32,000 nt of DNA from Candidatus Kuenenia stuttgartensis. GTDB taxonomy: Bacteria > Planctomycetota > Brocadiia > Brocadiales > Brocadiaceae. The stretch covers positions 870,001 through 902,000 of the forward strand of contig NZ_LT934425.1 of NCBI RefSeq assembly GCF_900232105.1. Direction: 5' to 3'. Of this stretch, positions 1 to 8,991 are shown one piece after another. The notes beneath the pieces were generated by a model, which worked only from the letters and a program-made list of their open reading frames with translations, was not told where the DNA came from and did no database searches. The position numbers and the translations under genes are program-made. The stretch's first letter is position 1, and every line of letters starts with the position of its first letter.

Positions 1-328
1 CTCCGTCTTTAATGAATTTATATACCTTCCCCTCTTCTTCGTTTTTTGCCCCGACAGCTTCGGTTTCATCAACGGTTATCGACGTATCAAATACTTCTCT
101 TATATTATCTTTATCGTACCCTTTGATAGTAAAACCCATGATGGTTTTTTCAGTTGTACGGTATGGAATTCCAAAGATATCAAGAACAGCACGTTTTTCC
201 TTTATTTCATGATATGCGGCAATTTTCGGTGCTGTATAAAAATATACCAAAAACAATCCGGTACACGGAATAAATGCAATGAAAAGGATCGAGAAAATAC
301 GGAGTATAAACGTCTTAAATTCTTCCAT
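1..328 (-). CDS. NqrC/RnfG-like subunit, N-terminal part (open at left window edge)
   Basis: Absent from the ORF track because it has no stop inside the window. ATG at 328-326 on the minus strand. Hand translation MEEFKTFILRIFSILFIAFIPCTGLFLVYFYTAPKIAAYHEIKEKRAVLDIFGIPYRT... gives one N-terminal TM helix followed by a K-x-x-(I/V)L-x-x-FG-I stretch usual near NqrC/RnfG N-termini. Lies directly downstream of the NqrB/RnfD-like gene. The + strand ORF 12..212 is its antisense shadow. Confidence 0.55.
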   Translation of the reverse strand, partial: MEEFKTFILRIFSILFIAFIPCTGLFLVYFYTAPKIAAYHEIKEKRAVLDIFGIPYRTTEKTIMGFTIKGYDKDNIREVFDTSITVDETEAVGAKNEEEGKVYKFIKDG

Positions 329-403
329 AAATTATGTTTCGCTAAAACTTTGTGATAGTTAAATTAGTGGCTGTAAACTATTTTGCCGTTATCTTTTGTT
401 ATT

Positions 404-1507
404 TCAGGTGCGGTATCTTATTTTTACCATCAACGATTGAATGGGTATTGCAAGCAAATTCATAAGCAATATAGCATACATTGCTCCTTCAGACAGTGTG
501 GTATAATTCCTTAGCAACACGGTAATAAATCCACACCCTATGCCATATATCCATTTCGCCTTCTGATTATAGGTTGCTGTAATAGGATCTGTAATCATAT
601 AAAAAGCACCCAATACTAACCCTCCGCTCAGGAGCTGAAAAATAGGCGGGGCAACATTTTCCTTTGACAGGAGTGAAAACATACCTGAAAAGATAAACAC
701 GCTGCCAAAATAGGACACCGGCAACCGCCAGTTCGCAACCTTCATTTTTACAAGCCATATACCGGACAGTATAAGTGCTAATCGGCAGGTTTCTCCCAAA
801 GAGCCATTCGCAGTACCTATGAGCAGGGAAAAATAAGAAGTGATGGTGCCGTCTGTCTTAAACGCGGTAAGCGGGGTAGCGTGGGTAATGGTATCAAGCC
901 CATACCGCAAGGTATGAAGATCAGGTATACCGACAAAAGGCATCTGGTAGCCTGTCGCCAAAAGTGACGGGAAACATATTGTCAGGAACAATCGGCTAAA
1001 TAGCGCAGGATTCACCAAATTGTACCCAACGCCTCCCAATATATTTCTGAAGATAATGGCCATTGCTGCGCCAAAGCCTATCAGCCAGAGAGGCGCTTGT
1101 GGTGGCAGAATGGCGGGAACGAGCAGGCACGAAACAAACCCTCCCTCACTAATGTGATCTTCCCTGGCAATTATTGCCCATATCACATCAACAACAAACA
1201 CCCCAACAACAAGTGAAACAATCAATTTCGAAATCACACACTGTAACCCGTAAAAATACATCGCAGGAAACACCCATCCCATTGTCAGCGCAATAAGCAC
1301 AGCACCCATAAACTTTTTCGTGTCCGTGTTGTTTCGGATAAAGGGCTGTGTCTGCGCTGTATGTTTGGAGCTGCGCAACAAACCGTCAAACGCTTCAAAA
1401 ACTGCCCCAAAAAGGAAATTGACTGTTTCGTGGGTATGGATAAAGGTCTCTATCCTGTCAAGATTCTTATTAAGTGGCGATTCGAGTTTATTGAGTAATT
1501 TCTTCAT
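404..1507 (-). CDS. NqrB/RnfD-family polytopic membrane subunit
   Basis: 367-aa multi-TM ORF. The DTITHATPL motif matches the (S/T)GATPL FMN-attachment site of NqrB/RnfD. Has a long NqrB-like soluble N-terminal extension. 4-nt overlap (1504-1507) with the upstream gene. Confidence 0.85.
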   Translation of the reverse strand: MKKLLNKLESPLNKNLDRIETFIHTHETVNFLFGAVFEAFDGLLRSSKHTAQTQPFIRNNTDTKKFMGAVLIALTMGWVFPAMYFYGLQCVISKLIVSLVVGVFVVDVIWAIIAREDHISEGGFVSCLLVPAILPPQAPLWLIGFGAAMAIIFRNILGGVGYNLVNPALFSRLFLTICFPSLLATGYQMPFVGIPDLHTLRYGLDTITHATPLTAFKTDGTITSYFSLLIGTANGSLGETCRLALILSGIWLVKMKVANWRLPVSYFGSVFIFSGMFSLLSKENVAPPIFQLLSGGLVLGAFYMITDPITATYNQKAKWIYGIGCGFITVLLRNYTTLSEGAMYAILLMNLLAIPIQSLMVKIRYRT

Positions 1508-2550
1508 GCTTTTTGTACATCCGGCGATTTACATTCCTTGATGATCCGCAACAATTCAATTTTCGAAGGGCATGCAAAACTGCACAGACCGCATTCAATA
1601 CATTTTTCTATATCATAACTACGCACCTTCTGTTTTTCTCCTCTGTTGTAGGCCTGGTGGTACAAAGCAGGTTCTAAATTAACAGGGCAAATATCATCAC
1701 AGAAGTTACAATACACGCAGGCTCGCAATTCCCCAAGCAAATTAGTGGTAAAATGCAGCCTATCCGTGTTAATCATAGGAAACATCTCTTTCTTATCCTG
1801 CGCCGCCAGAACAACAATGTCATTTACCGTCCAGCCAATTTTTTGAGCAAAATCGTTAACTTCCATTCCTCTTAACGGACCGTTTATAAACACACGATAA
1901 GGGGCGGTCTCCTTTACCCTGTTTTTTAGTATTTTTTCAAGGGTTGTTCCCAACTGCACCTTGATAAACTCATTTTCCTTAAGACCTGTGCCCGAAAGGG
2001 CAATAAAGCGGGAATTTACACTCTTATTAAGAATGCGGCTTTTGTGGATTGCCAATGCCGTTTGCGCGTCGAAAACTAGAATACCCTGGGACAGCGTATC
2101 CTGCCCAAAGTTTATATCTTTGTTTAAGATGGCTTTTGATAATACCACAGGGTCATCGTAAGGATATTTCGCATCTATAACAAAAACTTCCAACCATTCA
2201 TTCATAGCCGCGTATTCTTTTGCTGCTGAAATATGTTCGGTTTCGTTATTGGTGATAACAACAGAACATTTCGCTTCAGGGAAGATGGTAGTCTGTAGCT
2301 CTTTTATTTTATCGAAGAAAACCGTTGTTTTATGTCCCAATGTTACCCAATTAGGCAATGCCCATGGTTCCGTGGGGCATAGGGTAACAATAATGTGTTT
2401 CACCGATTGTTCCGATGGCAGGGTAAAATTGAATACTTCAGGGGGGTTGTCAGATGAAATTTCCTCAACAATATTACAAAAACGTATTTTGTAGGCGTCA
2501 AAAAGATTTACGCCACCCTTGAAAACCATGTTTTGCTTTTTTTTAATCAC
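1504..2550 (-). CDS. NqrA/RnfC-position subunit with two C-terminal [4Fe-4S] motifs
   Basis: 348-aa ORF. The C-terminus carries CVYCNFCDDICP and CIECGLCSFACP (2 x CxxCxxCxxxCP), as in RnfC. The N-terminal two thirds look NqrA/SLBB-like (..ALSGTGLKENEFIKVQLGTTLEKIL..). I see no glycine-rich NADH/FMN motif. Translationally coupled to the NqrB/RnfD-like gene. Confidence 0.7.
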   Translation of the reverse strand: MIKKKQNMVFKGGVNLFDAYKIRFCNIVEEISSDNPPEVFNFTLPSEQSVKHIIVTLCPTEPWALPNWVTLGHKTTVFFDKIKELQTTIFPEAKCSVVITNNETEHISAAKEYAAMNEWLEVFVIDAKYPYDDPVVLSKAILNKDINFGQDTLSQGILVFDAQTALAIHKSRILNKSVNSRFIALSGTGLKENEFIKVQLGTTLEKILKNRVKETAPYRVFINGPLRGMEVNDFAQKIGWTVNDIVVLAAQDKKEMFPMINTDRLHFTTNLLGELRACVYCNFCDDICPVNLEPALYHQAYNRGEKQKVRSYDIEKCIECGLCSFACPSKIELLRIIKECKSPDVQKA

Positions 2551-2917
2551 TTTCTTACTTTTTCAAATAAAATAGAAGCTCTTGGAAATTCCATAAAAGT
2601 GTCCGGATAAAATATCAATCCGGACATCAGAAGTCAAGGTAATATTTTAGAACTAAATTATGCCGCCGATTGAACGGGTGAAAACAGAACACATTATCAT
2701 TCAATAAACGTATTCCTGAAAACTATGCTTATTAAAATCTATAACTGGCGGCATTAAATGCAAATCAAATATATAGGAAATACAGGAAAAGAAGCTAAAT
2801 ACAGAAATGCTAAAAGAGAACAGAACCGTTTGGCATGACCGTTAAGCAAGGAAGTTTTTTGGCAAGCGACGGGGCAAGGGCAAGAGAAACCAGCCTTTTC
2901 TTTAATGCCAAAATCCA

Positions 2918-3406
2918 TTATTTGCTTATATCAATAATAAGCGGTATTTCTCCGCAATCAGGGAATTTATGGCACTTTACACATTCTGACCATATTTTTT
3001 GAGGGAGTTCCGCTTTTTCTATCCTGCAAAATCCGCATTTCTCAAAAAATTCCGGCGAATACGTAAGAACGAACATCTTGGCGATGCGGAGTTCCTTCGC
3101 CTCCTGCATACACGCCGATACGAGTTTTTTTCCTATTCCTCTCCGCTGGTGTGAACCCAGAACTGCCAATGATTTTATTTCCGCAAGATCTTTCCAAAAA
3201 ATATGCAAAGCGGCGCAACCAATTAATTGGGTATCCTCCATAAATACATAAAAATCCCGTATATTTTCGTAAAGCTCACTGAGGGAACGCGGCAACATTT
3301 CATCCTTTGACGCGAAACCGTTGATAAGCCTATATATCTTCTCTACCTCTTCTATTGTTGCTTTACGCAATATTAGTTTTTTTTCTTTGTTATCAGCCGA
3401 GGACAT
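2918..3406 (-). CDS. GNAT-family N-acetyltransferase (short N-acetylglutamate-synthase-like)
   Basis: 162 aa. Has the acetyl-CoA motif A HQRRGIGKKLV. The C-terminal PQKIWSECVKCHKFPDCGE Cys cluster is one I associate with short ArgA-like GNATs. Its start overlaps the stop of the upstream TatD-rSAM gene by 14 nt. Confidence 0.8.
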   Translation of the reverse strand: MSSADNKEKKLILRKATIEEVEKIYRLINGFASKDEMLPRSLSELYENIRDFYVFMEDTQLIGCAALHIFWKDLAEIKSLAVLGSHQRRGIGKKLVSACMQEAKELRIAKMFVLTYSPEFFEKCGFCRIEKAELPQKIWSECVKCHKFPDCGEIPLIIDISK

Positions 3407-4808
3407 CGTGTTTTCTCACCCTAAAATCTACGCCCAACTCCACTGCAATTTCTCTACATTTCTTTATATCGATACCTGGAATTTCTACAACAGAGACCTG
3501 AACATTTGGAATAACCTTTTTCGCATCTTTAACAAACTGTATCAAAGCAAAATAGGCTTTTTCGCCAAATACCGGCTTGCAGATCGCAGCATATTTTTCC
3601 GCAGTTTCCGCATTTAAACTGATGCAGATGGTATCAATAAGGCCTTTTAATTCATTCGCTATTGACCTGCCATTGATAATATCCCCATGGCCGTTTGTAT
3701 CCAGCCGGATGCGTTTCCCTTTTGATTTTAAATCCGCAGCAACGGCTTTTAAAACTTCCAGCCGTTCGGTCGGTTCTCCATAACCGCAAAACACCACTTC
3801 ATCATATCTGCCAGGGTCTCCTATCGACTGCAGTACTTCTTCAATTGTCGGTTCCCGCTTTAAATGCAGATTATGCCCCTTCACAAAAGGATAGGTCGTC
3901 CTCATGCAAAATGAACACTCCATAGAGCATCGGTTCGTTAAATTTATGTAAAGAGAGTTTCTGATAGCGTAAGCTATTTTCCCCTCCAATTCAGGCTCCC
4001 CTATGCCGAATAATGCGTACGCATTAAAAGAAGTAATGCGTGCAATATCTTCGGGGGAAAGCCCGTATATTTCAGCAAAAACGGGGATAACTAAGGATAA
4101 ATACGACGGCTCATTACGCTCCCCTCTTTTCGGATGAGGTGATAAAAAAGGACAATCAGTCTCCAAAAGAAGCCTTTCGACAGGAACAGTTTTGGCAATA
4201 TCCCTCAAATTTTGCGCATTTTTAAAGGTAATCGGCCCGGCAAAAGACAAAAACATGCCCAGATCCAGGCATGCCTTTGCCACTTCAGCCGTTCCGCTAA
4301 AACAATGAACAACCCCCTTTAATCCACCATTTTTATATTTATTCAGAATTTTTAAACAGTCCTCACTGGCTTCGCGGCAATGTATTATCACCGGAAGATC
4401 ATGCTTTTTCGCAAGTGCAAGGTGTTTCTCGAATAGTACCTGTTGGTCTTCATGAGGACTCTTGTTACGATAATAATCAAGTCCGGTCTCGCCGACCGCG
4501 ACAATTTTTGATCCTCCAATCAACGACTCAAGCTCAAGCCACGTTTCTTCTGAAACCTTTGTGGCGCCATGCGGATGGATGCCAACGCTTGCATAAATAT
4601 TTTCAAAACGATGCGCCAAAGCAATGCACTTTTTACTCGTAGAAAGGCTTGTTCCCACATTAATAATACTTCCGACGCCTGCCTCTCTGGCACGTGACAA
4701 AACGGAGTCCAAATCTGTTTTATATTCCGGAAAATCAAGATGCGCGTGTGTATCAATAATCATCATATTATTAAAATTCTTTACCAAAAAAGCGCCACTT
4801 AAAAACAT
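3393..4808 (-). CDS. TatD-family metal hydrolase fused to a radical SAM domain
   Basis: The N-terminal half has TatD motifs IIDTHAHLDF, GETGLDY, IIHCR, VHCFSG and ETDCPFL. The C-terminal ~190 aa has the CxxxCxxC radical SAM motif (NRCSMECSFCMR) and a GYGEP-type segment. The start is uncertain: the longest ORF starts at 4808, while MMIIDTHAH at 4766 fits TatD N-termini better. Confidence 0.85.
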   Translation of the reverse strand: MFLSGAFLVKNFNNMMIIDTHAHLDFPEYKTDLDSVLSRAREAGVGSIINVGTSLSTSKKCIALAHRFENIYASVGIHPHGATKVSEETWLELESLIGGSKIVAVGETGLDYYRNKSPHEDQQVLFEKHLALAKKHDLPVIIHCREASEDCLKILNKYKNGGLKGVVHCFSGTAEVAKACLDLGMFLSFAGPITFKNAQNLRDIAKTVPVERLLLETDCPFLSPHPKRGERNEPSYLSLVIPVFAEIYGLSPEDIARITSFNAYALFGIGEPELEGKIAYAIRNSLYINLTNRCSMECSFCMRTTYPFVKGHNLHLKREPTIEEVLQSIGDPGRYDEVVFCGYGEPTERLEVLKAVAADLKSKGKRIRLDTNGHGDIINGRSIANELKGLIDTICISLNAETAEKYAAICKPVFGEKAYFALIQFVKDAKKVIPNVQVSVVEIPGIDIKKCREIAVELGVDFRVRKHDVLG

Positions 4809-4888
4809 AACCTTACGGCGATATTATCAATATCCCTTAAACGCCAGGGAACTGAAACGGGTTCATCAATCATCAAAAACACTGCTAC

Positions 4889-5049
4889 TATAGTCAAACA
4901 AATAAGGTTTTCAAAAAAATTTACACACCCCAGTCCCCTCTATAAAGGAATTAAGGGGCGTGCTTGTATAGTATGCTTAGTCAAATAAATCTGTTTTTTA
5001 GAAAGCCATTTTATCGCCAAATTCATAAAATCATATTTGTTTGGCTATA
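4889..5049. mobile_element. MITE-like element, copy A (161 bp)
   Basis: Ends TATAGTCAAACAAATA (4889-4904) and TATTTGTTTGGCTATA (5034-5049) form a 15/16 terminal inverted repeat. The right ~68 bp (4981-5049) matches 22070-22137 at about 62 of 68 positions by hand alignment. Non-coding, lying between yraN and the TatD-rSAM gene. Confidence 0.5.
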
Positions 5050-5052
5050 CTT

Positions 5053-5502
5053 TTAGCTACATGTTTTTGTAAACGCATTTTTATAGAGTGTAATAGCAGG
5101 ATGTTTTTTTGCTGGCGGGTAAAAAACAGAAACTACATCAAAACGCAAATCTATGCCCTCTACTTTTTTTTCAGCAATATAGCGGGAAGCCATCTTTATA
5201 ATTTGCTTTTTTTTTGCTTCTGTTACGGCTAATTCAGGAGGTCCATAACTATCGGATCCACGCGTTTTTACTTCTACAAAAACAATGGAACCGCGGTCAT
5301 AGCAAATAATATCAATTTCTCCGGTCTTACGCCGGTAATTCCTCTGTAGTATCTTATATCCCTTTTTTTTCAGAAATTTCGCAGCGACAACTTCTCCCTT
5401 TTTACCGAGAGCTTTCTTGTGCGGTTGTACGTCACTGGTTTTTTTGAGTATATTTTTCAGGAAAAAAAGGGAACCTATTAGTTTTTTGAAAAATCCGTCC
5501 AT
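5053..5502 (-). CDS. yraN: YraN-family (UPF0102) endonuclease-like protein
   Basis: 149 aa with the GEIDIIC....IVFVEVKTR core typical of YraN. Conserved neighbourhood next to rplS. Confidence 0.85.
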   Translation of the reverse strand: MDGFFKKLIGSLFFLKNILKKTSDVQPHKKALGKKGEVVAAKFLKKKGYKILQRNYRRKTGEIDIICYDRGSIVFVEVKTRGSDSYGPPELAVTEAKKKQIIKMASRYIAEKKVEGIDLRFDVVSVFYPPAKKHPAITLYKNAFTKTCS

Positions 5503-5639
5503 GAGTTAAACCCTATGCTTCACAGACTGGGCCAAATAGGCAATTTTATACTATTCCTAGATATTCATTCCCTGCTTTTTAGAAAACAAGTTCATTTGAC
5601 CAAGTCTGTTCAGCATATGGAATACCTCTATATATGTCC

Positions 5640-5987
5640 TTAATCCACCCTTTTTTCTTTCAACCTGGTACCTTTACTGGTTCTGTCCCTCATGTAATAC
5701 AACTTTGCACGCCGTACTTTTCCTGATTTTTTTACCTTAACATCCAAAACCTTTGGGGAATGAATGGGGAAAACACGCTCTACGCCTTCTCCCTGAACAA
5801 TGCGTCTTACGGTAAAGGTTTCCCGTATCCCTCCGCCATTTTTTGCGATTACCAACCCACTGAATACCTGCGTACGTTCCTTTTCTCCTTCTTTGATTTT
5901 GATCGAGACATCTACCTGATCGCCAACAGAATACTTTGGTATTTCTGTTTTCATGTGTTCTTTTTCTATTACATCGATAACATTCAT
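5640..5987 (-). CDS. rplS: 50S ribosomal protein L19
   Basis: MNVIDVIEKEH...FSGLVIAKNGGGIRETFTVRRI...VERVFPIHSP is classic L19. I moved the start to the ATG at 5987, which has a GAGGAG Shine-Dalgarno 7 nt upstream. The track start at 6002 lies inside that SD region. Confidence 0.95.
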   Translation of the reverse strand: MNVIDVIEKEHMKTEIPKYSVGDQVDVSIKIKEGEKERTQVFSGLVIAKNGGGIRETFTVRRIVQGEGVERVFPIHSPKVLDVKVKKSGKVRRAKLYYMRDRTSKGTRLKEKRVD

Positions 5988-6027
5988 GATCCCACTCCTC
6001 ATAATTTATTACAGGGTAAATATAATA

Positions 6028-6708
6028 CTATTTCTTGTTTAATAAATCGGGCCTTTTTTCCCGTGTCCTTTTTTCAGCTAAATATCTTTGCCATTCCTTT
6101 ATTTTTTGATGATGACCCGAACGTAATATTTCCGGAACTTTCATGCCTCTGTATTCAGCAGGACGGGTATATTGAGGATACTCCAATAACCCGTCATGAA
6201 AAGATTCTTCGGTTATTGAGTTCTTATCTCCCAAAACACCGGGTATCAGACGGACTACCGCGTCAATAACTACCATTGCCGATAGTTCTCCACCTGAAAG
6301 AATATAATCGCCGATGGACAACTCAAACACATCAAGGCCGGTTCTGATTCTTTCGTCAAACCCTTCATAATGGCCGCATATCAACATAAGATACGCCTCT
6401 TTTGCCAATTCTTTAGCGATAGCTTGGGTAAAACAACGCCCTTGCGGCGTTAGTAAAATTTTTTTAGCGGGTATGTTAGTTTGCCGCTCAATCGCTTCTA
6501 CTGCATTGAAAACGGGTTCCGGCTTCATTACCATCCCAGGCCCCCCGCCATAGGGTCTGTCATCTACACAACGTTGATTTTCTGCATAGTCTCTGATATT
6601 GAAAATATTGTATTGTACAAGGGCCTTTTCTCTGGCGATTTTCAAGATACTATGCCCCAGTACGTTTTCAAAAATACCGGGAAACAATGTCAAAATATCA
6701 ATGCGCAT
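6028..6708 (-). CDS. trmD: tRNA (guanine37-N1)-methyltransferase
   Basis: MRIDILTLFPGIF..., DDRPYGGGPGMVM and GHYEGFDERI are TrmD signature blocks. Confidence 0.95.
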   Translation of the reverse strand: MRIDILTLFPGIFENVLGHSILKIAREKALVQYNIFNIRDYAENQRCVDDRPYGGGPGMVMKPEPVFNAVEAIERQTNIPAKKILLTPQGRCFTQAIAKELAKEAYLMLICGHYEGFDERIRTGLDVFELSIGDYILSGGELSAMVVIDAVVRLIPGVLGDKNSITEESFHDGLLEYPQYTRPAEYRGMKVPEILRSGHHQKIKEWQRYLAEKRTREKRPDLLNKK

Positions 6709-6711
6709 GTA

Positions 6712-6969
6712 TTATTTTTTAAACGCAATACCAAGTTTTTTAAATATGCTGGCAACCGTTTCCGTTGGTTTTGCCCCAACGCTCAACCAGTAATCAACCC
6801 TCTCTCGTTTCAGAGTCACCTGTTTTTCGTTGTTTGATTCCATAGGATCATAAGTGCCTAAATTTTCAATAGACATGCCATCCCGTTCCTCATGTGCATC
6901 GAACGCGCCAATTCGGTAAAAGGGCCTGTTTTTACGTCCCATTCGCATCATCCTAATTCTTACTGCCAT
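6712..6969 (-). CDS. rpsP: 30S ribosomal protein S16
   Basis: MAVRIRMMRMGRKNRPFYRIGAFD is the canonical S16 N-terminus. Only a 3-nt gap to trmD. Confidence 0.95.
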   Translation of the reverse strand: MAVRIRMMRMGRKNRPFYRIGAFDAHEERDGMSIENLGTYDPMESNNEKQVTLKRERVDYWLSVGAKPTETVASIFKKLGIAFKK

Positions 6970-6990
6970 TTTTTCTCCTTTTAGATAAAA

Positions 6991-8343
6991 TTACCGTATC
7001 ATACCCTTGCCAAAGGGCATACCCCCGGGAAACATCCCCTTTTTCTTCAGCCCCTTCTCGTTTCCCTTAAAATGTTTCATTAGTTTTTTCATCGATTTAA
7101 ATTGTTTAAGCAGTTGATTAACATCCTGAACGGTCGTCCCGCTGCCTTTGGCTACGCGCTGCCTTCTGCTTCCATTTATCATATCGGGGATCAAACGTTC
7201 CTGAATCGTCATTGATTTGATAATCGCTTCAACCTTTTCTAATTGTTTTTCGTCAAAATTAAGTCCGTCCATCTTGTTCCCCAAACCGGGAATCATACCC
7301 ATGATTTCTTTGATTGGTCCCATTTTTTTTATCTGTTGAAGTTGCATGAGAAAATCTTCCAGGCTGAGCGTATCACTTTGTATCTTCCGGCTAAGGTTCT
7401 GCGCTTCTTCAAAATCAATGGCCTGCTGTGCGCGCTCCACCAGTGAAACTACGTCGCCCATTCCCAGTATTCTGGAAGCCATCCTATCAGGATGAAACTC
7501 CTCAAGACGGTCGAGTTTTTCGCCAATGCCCACGAACTTAATAGGTTTTCCCGTAACCGCCCTTATTGAAAGAGCCGCACCGCCCCGCGTATCACCATCA
7601 AGTTTAGATAAGATCACCCCGTCAAAACCTAATTGCTCATCAAATTCCCTGGCGCTATTTACCGCGTCCTGACCTGTCATTGCATCACAAACAAAATATA
7701 TTTGATCGGGTGTGAGTGTATCTTTTATTTCCCGCAATTCAAGCATCAGTTCATTGTCGATGTGTAATCGCCCTGCAGTATCTAAAATTACCACATCATG
7801 TCCGTTTTCTTTTGCATATTTTATCGCTTCACTACATATCTTTGTTGGTGGTAAATCTTTTTCAAAATATACCTGTATATCCAGTTGCCGGCCCAGCGTC
7901 TTTAATTGTTCAACAGCCGCAGGGCGTTGTATATCCGCTGCGGCAAGCAACGGCTTTTTTCCTTTCGAAAGCATCAGCCTGGCAAGTTTACCAGCCGTTG
8001 TTGTTTTACCGCTGCCTTGCAAACCCACCAACATCACAACCGTCTGCCCCCCTTCCTTGAAAGGAATAGAGGTATCAGACTCCCCCATCAATTTAATCAG
8101 TTCGTCGTGGACAATCTTGACCACCTGCTGGCCCGGCGCAACACTTTTGATTACCTCTTCACCCACAGAACGCTCGGTAACCTGCTTAATGAAGTTTTTT
8201 ACTACTTTATAATTAACGTCCGCCTCAAGCAATGCCAGACGCACTTCGTGCAAACCGTCCTTAATATTTCCTTCGGTTAATCTTCCCTTCCCGCGGAATT
8301 TACCAAGAACAGCTTCCAAACTATTTGTGATTGATTCAAACAT
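6991..8343 (-). CDS. ffh: signal recognition particle protein Ffh
   Basis: N-domain, then G-domain with GLQGSGKTTT, DTAGR and SKLDGD, then a Met-rich M domain (MGMIPGLG...). Confidence 0.95.
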   Translation of the reverse strand: MFESITNSLEAVLGKFRGKGRLTEGNIKDGLHEVRLALLEADVNYKVVKNFIKQVTERSVGEEVIKSVAPGQQVVKIVHDELIKLMGESDTSIPFKEGGQTVVMLVGLQGSGKTTTAGKLARLMLSKGKKPLLAAADIQRPAAVEQLKTLGRQLDIQVYFEKDLPPTKICSEAIKYAKENGHDVVILDTAGRLHIDNELMLELREIKDTLTPDQIYFVCDAMTGQDAVNSAREFDEQLGFDGVILSKLDGDTRGGAALSIRAVTGKPIKFVGIGEKLDRLEEFHPDRMASRILGMGDVVSLVERAQQAIDFEEAQNLSRKIQSDTLSLEDFLMQLQQIKKMGPIKEIMGMIPGLGNKMDGLNFDEKQLEKVEAIIKSMTIQERLIPDMINGSRRQRVAKGSGTTVQDVNQLLKQFKSMKKLMKHFKGNEKGLKKKGMFPGGMPFGKGMIR

Positions 8344-8641
8344 AATCGAACGATTTTAAAACAATACTTGCCTTATTAAAACAGTGCCCATCTTAAAGCC
8401 TAATTTAAATTTAAAAATAAATCTTTGACGTTTCCTTTTACCGCTTACGTAATTTCACAGTATAATTTTACTGATTCGCAATAGCAAGATAACAAAATAA
8501 TACTATAAATTTTTCATTTTATAAAATAATACAAGATATTCAAATGAATTTTATGAATACCGTATAAGACAAAATGGCGTTTAGCTATGTAAGTATGGGT
8601 GTGCAGTACGTTTGATTTTAGGGTTAAGTCGAATATTTCTA

Positions 8642-8670
8642 TTGCACAAGATTTGTTGGTTTGCTAATAT
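8642..8670 (+). promoter_or_regulatory. candidate sigma70-type promoter for rpmE-prfA-prmC-murA
   Basis: TTGCAC (8642-8647), 17-bp spacer, TAATAT (8665-8670), about 80 nt upstream of the rpmE ATG. Sequence match only. Confidence 0.35.
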
Positions 8671-8748
8671 TTTCCGTTTGTGTTAATATATTTTATATTA
8701 TTTTTTTTATATTTGCAGGCGCTTTTTTATTGAGGAGATAACGTAGCA

Positions 8749-8979
8749 ATGAAAAGCAGTATTCATCCAAATTATATAGAGGCAGTTGTAACATGCGGAT
8801 GCGGAGAAACATTTAAAACCAGAGCCACAAAACCTAAAATAGCAGTAGATATATGCTCAAAATGCCACCCGTTTTATACGGGGAAACAAAGATTTATTGA
8901 TAGTGCCGGCCAAATTGACCGCTTTAACAAACGATTGAAAAAGAGCAAAATAATTCAAGACCCAGGTACAACAAAATAA
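8749..8979 (+). CDS. rpmE: 50S ribosomal protein L31 (Zn-ribbon type)
   Basis: MKSSIHPNY...TCGCGETF...[20 protein letters not shown] upstream. Confidence 0.95.
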   Translation: MKSSIHPNYIEAVVTCGCGETFKTRATKPKIAVDICSKCHPFYTGKQRFIDSAGQIDRFNKRLKKSKIIQDPGTTK

Positions 8980-8991
8980 TAGTGCTATTTG

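Noticed and set aside
12-212. 66-aa + strand ORF at the left edge
   Set aside because: It lies antisense to a much better supported NqrC/RnfG-like CDS (1..328, minus) and has no recognisable features or SD.
2601-2625. 8-bp perfect hairpin (GTCCGGAT/ATCCGGAC) considered as the terminator of the GNAT gene
   Set aside because: It lies about 290 nt past the GNAT stop and has only a short interrupted T-run on the minus strand. The support is insufficient.
6709-6711. No rimM or KH-domain gene between rpsP and trmD (3-nt gap)
   Set aside because: This differs from the common rpsP-rimM-trmD-rplS order, but gene loss or relocation of rimM is known in several lineages. It is not informative on its own.
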